Of a stretch of DNA of 36,317 nucleotides, positions 1-7,886 are shown piece by piece. The stretch comes from Armatimonadota bacterium. GTDB lineage: Bacteria > Armatimonadota > Chthonomonadetes > Chthonomonadales > JAMCWF01. Each line of letters begins with the position of its first letter. Position 1 is the stretch's first letter. The notes below the pieces were generated by a model. It saw only the letters and a list, made by a program, of their open reading frames with translations. It did not search any database and had not been told where the DNA came from. The stretch is taken from positions 14,582 through 50,898 of the forward strand of contig JAMCWF010000035.1 in NCBI GenBank assembly GCA_023481295.1. Reading direction: 5' to 3'. The position numbers were made by a program, and so were the translations under genes.

Positions 1-190
1 TAATTATCTGTAATTGTCGCAACCTAATCAACCTGCGGTCACCGTACCACACTGGCGCTGGGCTTGAAAGTATTCAAGTTAGTGGTATTCTGCTTAATAT
101 ACTACCCACATAAAATAGCGAGGAGCCATAAAATCCCGTTAATCTGAATTCTTACGGCATTCTTATAGGTTTATCAGACGGGCTTTTATA

Positions 191-199
191 TGGTATAAT
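191..199 (+). promoter_or_regulatory. Extended -10 promoter element (TGnTATAAT) upstream of the S53 peptidase gene
   Basis: TGGTATAAT at 191-199. An ATTCTTA direct repeat lies upstream at 148 and 159, and a GAGGGAGG SD-like run lies at about 282-289. Confidence 0.5.
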
Positions 200-305
200 A
201 GGTACAATGGGTTGTTGGCATCTCTCACCTTTGAGTGGTACGACGTCGGATCACGTGGGAATTGCTGAGCGGCCCATTTAAGAGGGAGGTTACAAAGCTT
301 AAATT

Positions 306-1538
306 ATGAAAAAGAGCAAAATTGGAGTGGGATGGGCAGCCGTTTTGCTGACCCTCGCACTCCTTGTCGGCGCAACACTTGCCATCCAGGCTCAGCCCGG
401 ATCGCCCTCGCACTGGCGGGCGCACCGTCCCCTGATTGTTCGCGGGATGCTTATTGGTCCGCCTCGCAGAGGTGCACCATTCGTTAAATTCAAGATTAAC
501 TCCTCTAAACCCTCTAAAGGGAAGGGGGGCGGCGGATCATCAACCGTGGTCTACTACGGCCCTCAATCCATATGGTCCGCTTATTACTATCCATTCACGC
601 CCACGGCACCACCGAACTCAGAAGATGATGGCTCTGGCCAGACCATTGCGATCGTGGATGCATATTCCGATCCTTCCATCACTAAAGACCTATCTGCCTT
701 TGACTCTCAATTCGGTCTGCCGGCTCCCCCGTCATTTACGATTGAACAGCCGGAGGGAGAACCGAGTAACAACAGCGGTTGGGCGCTTGAGCAATCGCTG
801 GACGTCGAGTGGGCCCACGCGATGGCGCCCGGCGCTAACATCGTACTGGTTGAGGCGGTATCCCCTTCATTATCATATCTTTTAAACGCGGTGCAATATG
901 CAGCGACCTACCCCGGTGCTGAGGTTGTTTCGATGAGCTGGGGCGGCAGCGAATTTCCAGACGAAAGCTCCTACGATTCCTCCTTTAGTAGTTCCAGCGT
1001 GACTTTTGTCGCTGCGTCCGGCGATTCACACAGTGTTTATTGGCCTGCCGCTTCGCCCGACGTGATCGGTGTGGGCGGCACGACACTGGAGATGAAGAGA
1101 ACAACCATCAGCGAAACGGCCTGGTCTGACAGCGGGGGCGGCATTAGCGCGTACGAGAGTGAACCGGGCTACCAATTAAATTTCGTTAGTAGTGGGGACG
1201 GAACACGGCTGGGCGAAACGGGGAATATGCGCGGTGTTCCAGATGTGAGCTATGATGCAAACCCGAATACCGGTTTGCTGGTATTCTATAATCGTACTTG
1301 GTACGTAGTAGGCGGCACCAGTTGCGGCGCGCCCCAGTGGTCGGCGATTGTTGCGCTCGTTAACCAAGCTAACCAGAAGATATCACCACTCGGGGGAGGG
1401 GCGGGATCAGACCTGTATTCCGCCGCGACCTCGAATTACAACGCATATTTCAGAGATATCACGAACTCAGGTTTCGGTTATGATTTTTACACCGGGTTGG
1501 GAAGCCCCGATGTTAATGAATTAATTTCCGATCTGTAA
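306..1538 (+). CDS. Secreted S53 (sedolisin/kumamolisin-like) serine-carboxyl peptidase
   Basis: Signal peptide; GQTIAIVDAY; EQSLDVEW (catalytic ExxxD); SMSWG; ASGDS (oxyanion Asp); PDVS; GGTSCGAPQWS (catalytic Ser); C-terminal GYDFYTGLGSP Ca-site motif. Confidence 0.92.
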   Translation: MKKSKIGVGWAAVLLTLALLVGATLAIQAQPGSPSHWRAHRPLIVRGMLIGPPRRGAPFVKFKINSSKPSKGKGGGGSSTVVYYGPQSIWSAYYYPFTPTAPPNSEDDGSGQTIAIVDAYSDPSITKDLSAFDSQFGLPAPPSFTIEQPEGEPSNNSGWALEQSLDVEWAHAMAPGANIVLVEAVSPSLSYLLNAVQYAATYPGAEVVSMSWGGSEFPDESSYDSSFSSSSVTFVAASGDSHSVYWPAASPDVIGVGGTTLEMKRTTISETAWSDSGGGISAYESEPGYQLNFVSSGDGTRLGETGNMRGVPDVSYDANPNTGLLVFYNRTWYVVGGTSCGAPQWSAIVALVNQANQKISPLGGGAGSDLYSAATSNYNAYFRDITNSGFGYDFYTGLGSPDVNELISDL

Positions 1539-1628
1539 ACTATTGATGCCCGGATATCGCAAGAATCCGGAGGAGTTTATTCCGGGTCAGAGCCGACCCG
1601 ATCGTACCATCGTTCTGATCGCTATCCG

Positions 1629-1663
1629 CGGTATGCTTACCTTGAAACAAGGTAGGCATACCG
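1629..1663 (+). terminator. Strong intergenic hairpin (16-bp stem, one G-U pair), possible terminator or mRNA stabiliser
   Basis: CGGTATGCTTACCTTG-AAA-CAAGGTAGGCATACCG. No clear U-tract follows on the + strand. Confidence 0.5.
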
Positions 1664-1685
1664 AAACTATCATAGAGCGCTTCAA

Positions 1686-3236
1686 ATGAGAGGTTGCATC
1701 TTCAGGATCGTGATCGCCGCGGTTTACCTATTACTCACCGCATCGGGTGAGCTTTCGGCTGCTCCCATTCCAGGCTCCACCACCTTTTCCCAGCTCTACA
1801 GCCCCCGCCTCAATGACACTCATATGGTGAACTCGCTGTGGATTGAGACCCCGAAAGACCGGCAGTTTACCACCCGGCGTACCGTCACCATCGCTGATAT
1901 CAAAGGTCCGGGAGTGATCACGATGATCCACTTCGCTATGCCGGCCACCCTGCATCTGGGCCGAGAGGTGGTGCTTAGGATCTATTGGGACAATGAAAAG
2001 CATCCCAGCGTCGAAGCCCCCTTGGTGGACTTTTTCTGTGACCCGAACGGACAGTTAGACCGAGTGAACACCATTTTCCTGAATAAAAATCGAGGCTGGA
2101 ACTGTTATTTTCCGATGCCGTTTCGTCGCCGAGCGCTCATTACCTTGACCAACGATGCGCCTGACCCGGTTGGGCAAGGGCTCTGGCAGCTCTCACCTTG
2201 CTACGCTTATGTGATCTGGCATAATGCACCCAATCTTCCCAAAGACGTGCTCTATTTTTGCGCTCATTGGCGACAGCAGACATTGTTGCTCGGTAAACAA
2301 GATTATATTGCATTGCATGCGGCCGGCGCCGGGCGCTTTATCGGTTGGAACGTAACGGTTCGCGGCGTTGCACCGGGGGATATGGGCTATCCGGTGGATG
2401 AAAACGAAAAGTTTTACGTGGATGGTGCGCGGAACCCCACCATTCAGTTTATGGGACTGGAGGATTCATTCGGATTTTCCTGGGGATTTCCGGAAAAGGC
2501 GAGCCGGTTCTTATACACAGGCTGGCATCCTTATTACCAAGGCGCCTCCGCCTATCGTTTTTTCGTGAACGACGCCATCACCTTTCATAAAAGCCTGAAG
2601 GTGGCAATCGGTTTTGGGCCGCGTGATGACCCCTCGTTCCGCCGTATATTCAGCCGCTCGGATCACGTCTTGCAGTTCAGTAGCTGCTGTTACTGGTATC
2701 AGACCGAGCCTCACTTGCCCTGGGGTAAATTCCCCTTGCTCGCCGAACGCCGGCCGGCTCGGGATTTAGCCCAGCAAGCCCAGTGGGAAAAGAAGGCGAA
2801 AAAGTATCGCGATAAACATGAAACGCTGGTGGTGAACTGCGGAGCCCCCAATGATATGATCGAATTTGCGGATAACGGCTGGAGCTGCATGTTATCTCAT
2901 GGATACAGCTACAATGGCTTCCAGCGCGAGGTGACCCACTGCTGGGCCGACTATCATAACCTAAAGGTGACGATAGCCTGCCCCAAAAACGTGCAGGGCG
3001 TGCTCAGGCTCTACCTGCTGGACGGCGACCGGTTTATGGGCGGCCGGAAGGAGCGGATTTGGGTGGACGGCCGCGATATCGGTGACTTCAGTAACTTTTA
3101 TGAGGGTCGATGGGTGGAAATCCCCATTACACCGGCGGAAACGACGCGCGGGAGAATCTACATCCGCGCACAAAACTTGATTCCCGGCAACAATGCGGTC
3201 ATCTCCTCCATCATCTTTCAAGCTCAAGGCCGATAG
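1686..3236 (+). CDS. Secreted DUF2961 / GH172-like glycoside hydrolase with extra C-terminal beta-sandwich domain
   Basis: Signal peptide; IKGPGVITMIH; LRIYWDNE.HPSVEAPLVDFF; NCYFPMPF; EKFYVDG...GLEDSFG; YRFFVNDAITF.KSLKV; YWYQTEP. Confidence 0.85.
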   Translation: MRGCIFRIVIAAVYLLLTASGELSAAPIPGSTTFSQLYSPRLNDTHMVNSLWIETPKDRQFTTRRTVTIADIKGPGVITMIHFAMPATLHLGREVVLRIYWDNEKHPSVEAPLVDFFCDPNGQLDRVNTIFLNKNRGWNCYFPMPFRRRALITLTNDAPDPVGQGLWQLSPCYAYVIWHNAPNLPKDVLYFCAHWRQQTLLLGKQDYIALHAAGAGRFIGWNVTVRGVAPGDMGYPVDENEKFYVDGARNPTIQFMGLEDSFGFSWGFPEKASRFLYTGWHPYYQGASAYRFFVNDAITFHKSLKVAIGFGPRDDPSFRRIFSRSDHVLQFSSCCYWYQTEPHLPWGKFPLLAERRPARDLAQQAQWEKKAKKYRDKHETLVVNCGAPNDMIEFADNGWSCMLSHGYSYNGFQREVTHCWADYHNLKVTIACPKNVQGVLRLYLLDGDRFMGGRKERIWVDGRDIGDFSNFYEGRWVEIPITPAETTRGRIYIRAQNLIPGNNAVISSIIFQAQGR

Positions 3237-3452
3237 GCCGGTAGTAACGATGTGGTCGCTGACCAGCCGATGAAGGCCCGACAGCACGATGCGGGGTGAT
3301 ATTAACCCATGTTTGGGCTTCATTACGATATCGTAACCCGGTAACGTTTCGGTCTTACTGGAATATCAGTCAAAGAATCTTAAAAGAATTTTCAAGAATG
3401 GCCATCGAATAACATCTAGCGGCTGCCCAATATCCAGGCTGATCGGTAGCCG

Positions 3453-4754
3453 TCATCTTCGTATTAAGAATAACCGTCCTTCCGCCGATCCCAACGAAAT
3501 TTGCAATCCGGCCATAGCTGGACTGTCGTCCACTACCGATGTCTCCTTACCGTTTGTGGGATCAACTTCAACGACGTTTTCAATATCTGTCGCGAATTTC
3601 ACGGTCGGCCAAGCGGTGTAAGTATAGCTGTAGTTATTCAATAACACCGCGGTTCGCCCATCAGCGTGTTTAAATACGCCGACCAGGTAATCGCCGGGAG
3701 TCAACTGGATCGGCGCTCCGTTCAATATCTTCGCAGGGTCGGATCCTCGTGGCACACGATAGACCGCTTCACTGGCCAATTGCATCAAAGTAGGTCCCCA
3801 ATGTTTTAGTTTATTATTGATTCGGCGTGCCTGATTGTAATGATGCGTGGGACGCCCATCCTGAGCGATGATAGCACCGCCTTTCTGAAAGCCCGTTGGC
3901 GTCCAATAGCAAAAATAGAGGACCCCTTTAGCTCCGTATGCCAGCGAGGTGCTTATCTGCCAGCGTAATTGGGCTTCGGTGGGATCGTAGTGCTGATCGA
4001 ACGGCATGTCGTTGAAAAAGTTCCAGAATGGGATGTTTTGGGCGAGCGCATATTTACGTAAAACGGCCAAATTGTCGCAATAGGCGTCCCGCGTGTCTTG
4101 GTTGGGCTGCATCATCGGATAATGGTCCATACAGAGCACGTCCGGATTTACCTCACTCACAAACCGACTGACGTACTCCTCATACGTCGGCTCACCCAAT
4201 TGCCCCTCGTTCGCATAGGTGGGAAACAGGTTGATGAATCCCAGCTTGCCCGGTCGTTTTTCCCGCAGATGATCAACCATAAACCGCAGAGACGGAAAAA
4301 TCGATGAGTTCGGCTCGTCATGCAGCATATATCCCCAACAGGCGGGATGATTGGGGAATCGGTCTGCCTGCATAATTTCATCAATTTTCGATGAGCCATA
4401 CGCGGCGCCGTCTTCATAGCCCGGCAGATACACCAGCGCCTTGAGCCCGTGCTTTTGGCACAGATCCAATTGGCGCCGGTCCGTTTCCGGCGTATTCGCC
4501 CCGAATCCGCCCATCACCACCGTAAAGTTCGCCGCCGCGATTTGAGCGTAGTGTTCGTCCATGTGCGCATCAGCCGGTGGATCTGCCCAAAAACTGATAC
4601 AGAAGCGATCTTGCTTGAATCGCGCCGGATTTATAGCGATCGGCGCAAATCCGGCGCCGTATGAAGCCTTCTCCGTCATCGTGGATGCAACCGCAGCCAA
4701 CGATGACACGATGAACTCCCTCCGCCCGATCGATCTCTTTTTCAATATCATCAT
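3453..4754 (-). CDS. Tat-exported putative glycoside hydrolase (clan GH-A-like TIM barrel)
   Basis: Twin-arginine signal GRREFIV; WGYMLHDEP; DHYP; SLAYGAKGVLYFCYW, typical of uncharacterised beta-galactosidase-like barrels. Lies directly downstream of the GH36 gene. Confidence 0.7.
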   Translation of the reverse strand: MMILKKRSIGRREFIVSSLAAVASTMTEKASYGAGFAPIAINPARFKQDRFCISFWADPPADAHMDEHYAQIAAANFTVVMGGFGANTPETDRRQLDLCQKHGLKALVYLPGYEDGAAYGSSKIDEIMQADRFPNHPACWGYMLHDEPNSSIFPSLRFMVDHLREKRPGKLGFINLFPTYANEGQLGEPTYEEYVSRFVSEVNPDVLCMDHYPMMQPNQDTRDAYCDNLAVLRKYALAQNIPFWNFFNDMPFDQHYDPTEAQLRWQISTSLAYGAKGVLYFCYWTPTGFQKGGAIIAQDGRPTHHYNQARRINNKLKHWGPTLMQLASEAVYRVPRGSDPAKILNGAPIQLTPGDYLVGVFKHADGRTAVLLNNYSYTYTAWPTVKFATDIENVVEVDPTNGKETSVVDDSPAMAGLQISLGSAEGRLFLIRR

Positions 4755-4765
4755 CCTTTTATTTT

Positions 4766-6766
4766 TTATTTCTCACCAACCCGAGCATACCGCACCAACA
4801 GGCTGCCCGGCGCCTCGGAAATTACGATTACCATTTCCATCAATTGCTTTCCACTGAGCCGTTGACGTGAGGCTTCCTCATAGGTGGAGCTCAGGCTCAC
4901 CTCATATTGCGCATTCTCAATGATGGACTTCAATCCGATCTCCATGGTCGAAAACGGGCTGCGATGACGGCGAAAGAACAGCGCGAAACCCGCTTCCATA
5001 TCGCGCCGGTGAAACTGATAGGCACACCAGTCGTGGTAAGACACGGTGAGTGGCAACAGCAGGTGGAAATCTCCCAGGAAGAAGGGCCGAATGCTCCGCC
5101 ATTCCGCGATGGCCGCCCGGGCGTCTTCCAGCGGGAAGTCGTCATCGAGCATCGTTTTGCCTTTGGCCAGCACCTCGGTGTGGCTTACGATGGTGGAAAC
5201 ATCGTCGGGAGGAAAATCCGCATGCCCTATATGAAAGCCGAAGTTGAATCCGCCGATAATTCCACTCCGTACCCTGTAGGGCGTGAAGTTCCAAACACCG
5301 CCACCGAACAGTGGAACCCACCTCGCCAGCCCCGCGTTGATGCATTGATTGCCCACGTCCAGTCCTCCTCCGAACGGCAGCCCAACCACATCGTGGAAAT
5401 CGCTCGGCCACAGCGGCAATGAGCGCGAGAGGGTTTCGAGGTCAATTCGCCTGCCGCCGCTGGCGCAGTTGTCTATCCATACTGCCGGATGGCGACGGCG
5501 AATCTCATCCCAGAAGTCGTAAAGCCCCTCTACATAGCGAATCTCGGTTATACCGATCCGGTCCTCCTCGTCGGCCGCCTGCCAGTAAGGCAGCGGGTCG
5601 AAATTGAAATCCTGTCGGTAGACATCCACTCCATTTTCAACGATAAGATTGGATATAAGATCGGTGAGGTACTTCCGCGCCTCGAGCAAGCCGAGGTTAT
5701 ATAGCAGATTGGTGGCATCCTGATCACAGCCAATCAGGTATTCCGGATGCTCCCGGTGCAACTTCGAATTGGGCCGCACCCGCTCCGGCTCGAACCACAG
5801 CACGAATTTCATACCCGCCTTATGAACGGCGTCACTGATCGGCTTTAAACCGTGAGGAAACCTTTCCCGGTTGATGACCCAGGAGCCGACCGCTTCCCAC
5901 CACTGCTGCGACTGTTCACCATACCAGCAGGCGTCAATCCAGTACGCGTCGGCGCCGACTGCCGCCACCTTCGGCAGCGCCTTCATTTCAAATTGTTCCG
6001 ACGCCTGTCCGGTCAGATAAAAGTAGGCCTGCAGACACTGCGCGGTCGGCGGAGTGACGAGTTGACCATTTATGCGTGGAAGATAGTGCGACAGCAGTAT
6101 CCGGCGCATCTGGTTGTTTCCAATCTCAGCATCGTTTCCTTCCCAAGAGACCAGCAGGATTCGCGGCGTGCGGATCTTCTCACCCGGATGCAATCTCAGG
6201 CGCGTGCGCTCCATCCCCGCCGCGACCCGCAGAGAGCCGCTCTCCCTCTCGAATATCGCCTGCCACTGCCCTGACCATCCGACGGCAAGAACCAGCCCGC
6301 AATCCTTCCGCTGCAGATTCATGAATGGAAAGACGCCGTTGGACGATCGGCCTCCGAAGGGTTTCAGCGATTGCCGAACGTGGGGGGAGAGCTCCACCGT
6401 TTGCGGAAGGAAGTCATCCATTCGGCAGGAGCTGCCGTTGGCGTAGTGAAGCCGCAATCGCTCCTGATCCGCGATCGGAACCGAAATATCCAAAGCCAGG
6501 ATGTCCTCAATGAGGGGCGTATCCATCGCGCCGGTGTTTTCAATTTCTGCCACCCAATCTATGGCGGAAAAGTCATTAAACCTTTGAGTATGCACAGTGA
6601 CTTTCAGGCCGGTTGCGGGGTCTTTTGTACTCCGGTGGGTCAGCTCTCCGCCAGCATTGGTTTCGGTGGAAATCACGGCCGGCCACCCGACGAGCATATC
6701 TCCGGCATCTTTTCCACCATAGCGAAACGAAATTTGCGGGATTTCGGATTTTTCCAGAAAACGCAT
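4766..6766 (-). CDS. GH36 alpha-galactosidase-like protein
   Basis: GRSS; GWSGQW; WIDACWY; FPHGLKP; LWFEPE; YRQDFN (nucleophile Asp); NCASGGRRID; WPSD. A strong SD (GGGAGGT) precedes the ATG. Confidence 0.9.
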   Translation of the reverse strand: MRFLEKSEIPQISFRYGGKDAGDMLVGWPAVISTETNAGGELTHRSTKDPATGLKVTVHTQRFNDFSAIDWVAEIENTGAMDTPLIEDILALDISVPIADQERLRLHYANGSSCRMDDFLPQTVELSPHVRQSLKPFGGRSSNGVFPFMNLQRKDCGLVLAVGWSGQWQAIFERESGSLRVAAGMERTRLRLHPGEKIRTPRILLVSWEGNDAEIGNNQMRRILLSHYLPRINGQLVTPPTAQCLQAYFYLTGQASEQFEMKALPKVAAVGADAYWIDACWYGEQSQQWWEAVGSWVINRERFPHGLKPISDAVHKAGMKFVLWFEPERVRPNSKLHREHPEYLIGCDQDATNLLYNLGLLEARKYLTDLISNLIVENGVDVYRQDFNFDPLPYWQAADEEDRIGITEIRYVEGLYDFWDEIRRRHPAVWIDNCASGGRRIDLETLSRSLPLWPSDFHDVVGLPFGGGLDVGNQCINAGLARWVPLFGGGVWNFTPYRVRSGIIGGFNFGFHIGHADFPPDDVSTIVSHTEVLAKGKTMLDDDFPLEDARAAIAEWRSIRPFFLGDFHLLLPLTVSYHDWCAYQFHRRDMEAGFALFFRRHRSPFSTMEIGLKSIIENAQYEVSLSSTYEEASRQRLSGKQLMEMVIVISEAPGSLLVRYARVGEK

Positions 6767-7160
6767 TGACCTCCCTTTCTCGGTATTTGACTAGATCTAT
6801 TTCAGCGGTTGCTAACCTTCAGCCTGCCGCCTATACGACGCTTGATAGTCGGTCTTTCGTCACTCGGATGAAATTCAGCGGCTGCGATCGGCGAACCCAT
6901 CAAACGAGTTTATATTCGCTTCCGTCGGTATTTAACCGAAATCCGGTCGATTTCCTCCAGGGAAACGGATCACCCGTCTGGGAAATCGTCCTCGTATTGA
7001 CATTGTAGAAATCCACACGAAATGCATTCGTTGCCTTGACAATTCAGACCGCTCGTGCGATAATAACAGACGCTGAGCCGTTCTATCCGAGTGTCTTGCA
7101 ACGTTGTTTTATTGCAATAATGGCTGTGAACCCACATTTGGATCGCGAGGAGAACTGGCA

Positions 7161-7409
7161 ATGAAGCAACCACCTAGAGGTTTGATCCTCAGCCGGGCAT
7201 TGCTGGAGTTAATTCAAGCCAGCCTGGATAGGCGAACCACCAACCACCGTGACCTCGCAGCGCAACTCTGCAAGTCATCGGAGACGGTGCGCACCGAGTT
7301 TGCTCAGATCAGGGAAAAGCTAGGCGCCAAAACCCTCTTTGAGGCGATATTGATCGCAGTCCAAAAAGGTTGGGTGAAGCCGCCCCCCCCGCAGGATGAT
7401 GGATCTTGA
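7161..7409 (+). CDS. Stand-alone LuxR/NarL C-terminal HTH regulator (82 aa)
   Basis: GAGGAG SD then ATG at 7161, preferred over the track start at 7104. LAAQLCKSSETVRTEFAQIREKLGAKTLFEAILIAVQKGWV fits the LuxR HTH pattern. No receiver or ligand-binding domain. Confidence 0.8.
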   Translation: MKQPPRGLILSRALLELIQASLDRRTTNHRDLAAQLCKSSETVRTEFAQIREKLGAKTLFEAILIAVQKGWVKPPPPQDDGS

Positions 7410-7429
7410 ACCCTGCCGATTTACGAAAA

Positions 7430-7449
7430 AATACCTCAATTGAGGTATT
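7430..7449. promoter_or_regulatory. Perfect 20-bp palindrome, NarL/LuxR-type 7-2-7 operator
   Basis: AATACCTCAATTGAGGTATT is its own reverse complement. The core TACCTCA-AT-TGAGGTA resembles inverted NarL heptamers (TACYYMT). Confidence 0.75.
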
Positions 7450-7477
7450 CACAAGCCAATCGGACATATCGTAGAAT
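7448..7477 (+). promoter_or_regulatory. Sigma70-like promoter for the precursor operon
   Basis: TTCACA (7448-7453), 18-nt spacer, TAGAAT (7472-7477). The -35 overlaps the edge of the palindrome. Confidence 0.55.
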
Positions 7478-7547
7478 ATCGCTGATGGTTCGGTAATATG
7501 ATCAATAATCAGTTACCGGACTAAATCCGGAGAAAGTAAGCGTCGGA

Positions 7548-7760
7548 ATGGAAAGTTTAAACCCATCACAAACGCAGGAATGCTTTACCCCATTCGTGAT
7601 GCTCTGGGCAAAAAGCGTGCCGGCGGGATCGTTTTACGGGCCCCAGGCTCAGTTTTCGGAGGCGAGCGGCGGATTTCGCATCGATCCGGAAGATACGGAC
7701 GCCGAAAATAGCAATGAAAACACACATCACATTGAGTCGAGCATTTCGTACACTTGGTGA
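7548..7760 (+). CDS. Putative graspetide (ATP-grasp RiPP) precursor peptide, 70 aa
   Basis: First ORF after the promoter and about 700 nt upstream of the ATP-grasp gene. PFVMLWA recalls the microviridin leader PFFARFL. The C-terminus is rich in D/E and S/T, and hairpins follow the stop. Confidence 0.62.
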   Translation: MESLNPSQTQECFTPFVMLWAKSVPAGSFYGPQAQFSEASGGFRIDPEDTDAENSNENTHHIESSISYTW

Positions 7761-7791
7761 TATGGAAAAAAACATAGCGAATTCCATATCA
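7758..7791 (+). other. Hairpin 1, starting at the precursor stop codon
   Basis: TGATATGGAA (7758-7767) and TTCCATATCA (7782-7791) form a perfect 10-bp stem with a 14-nt loop. Confidence 0.7.
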
Positions 7792-7829
7792 TTGTGACAG
7801 GTAGGGAATGCTCACGATTGAAGAAACTA

Positions 7830-7871
7830 TCTCCATCTTGCCGTAAAATATCCTCTATGGCAAGATGGAGA
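7830..7871 (+). other. Hairpin 2, between the precursor and the HEAT gene (no U-tract)
   Basis: TCTCCATCTTGCC (7830-7842) and GGCAAGATGGAGA (7859-7871) form a perfect 13-bp stem, extendable by 3 pairs. Confidence 0.75.
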
Positions 7872-7886
7872 CGAAGGAATTGATTT

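Noticed and set aside
7104-7160. Longer start for the LuxR-like ORF given in the ORF track
   Set aside because: Non-ATG start without an SD. GAGGAG plus ATG at 7161 fits the domain boundary better.
6910-7173. Cys-rich minus ORF (CQGNECISCGFLQC) with an in-frame continuation after TGA
   Set aside because: No recognisable domain or SD, and it overlaps the divergent promoter region. It cannot be supported as a gene or pseudogene.
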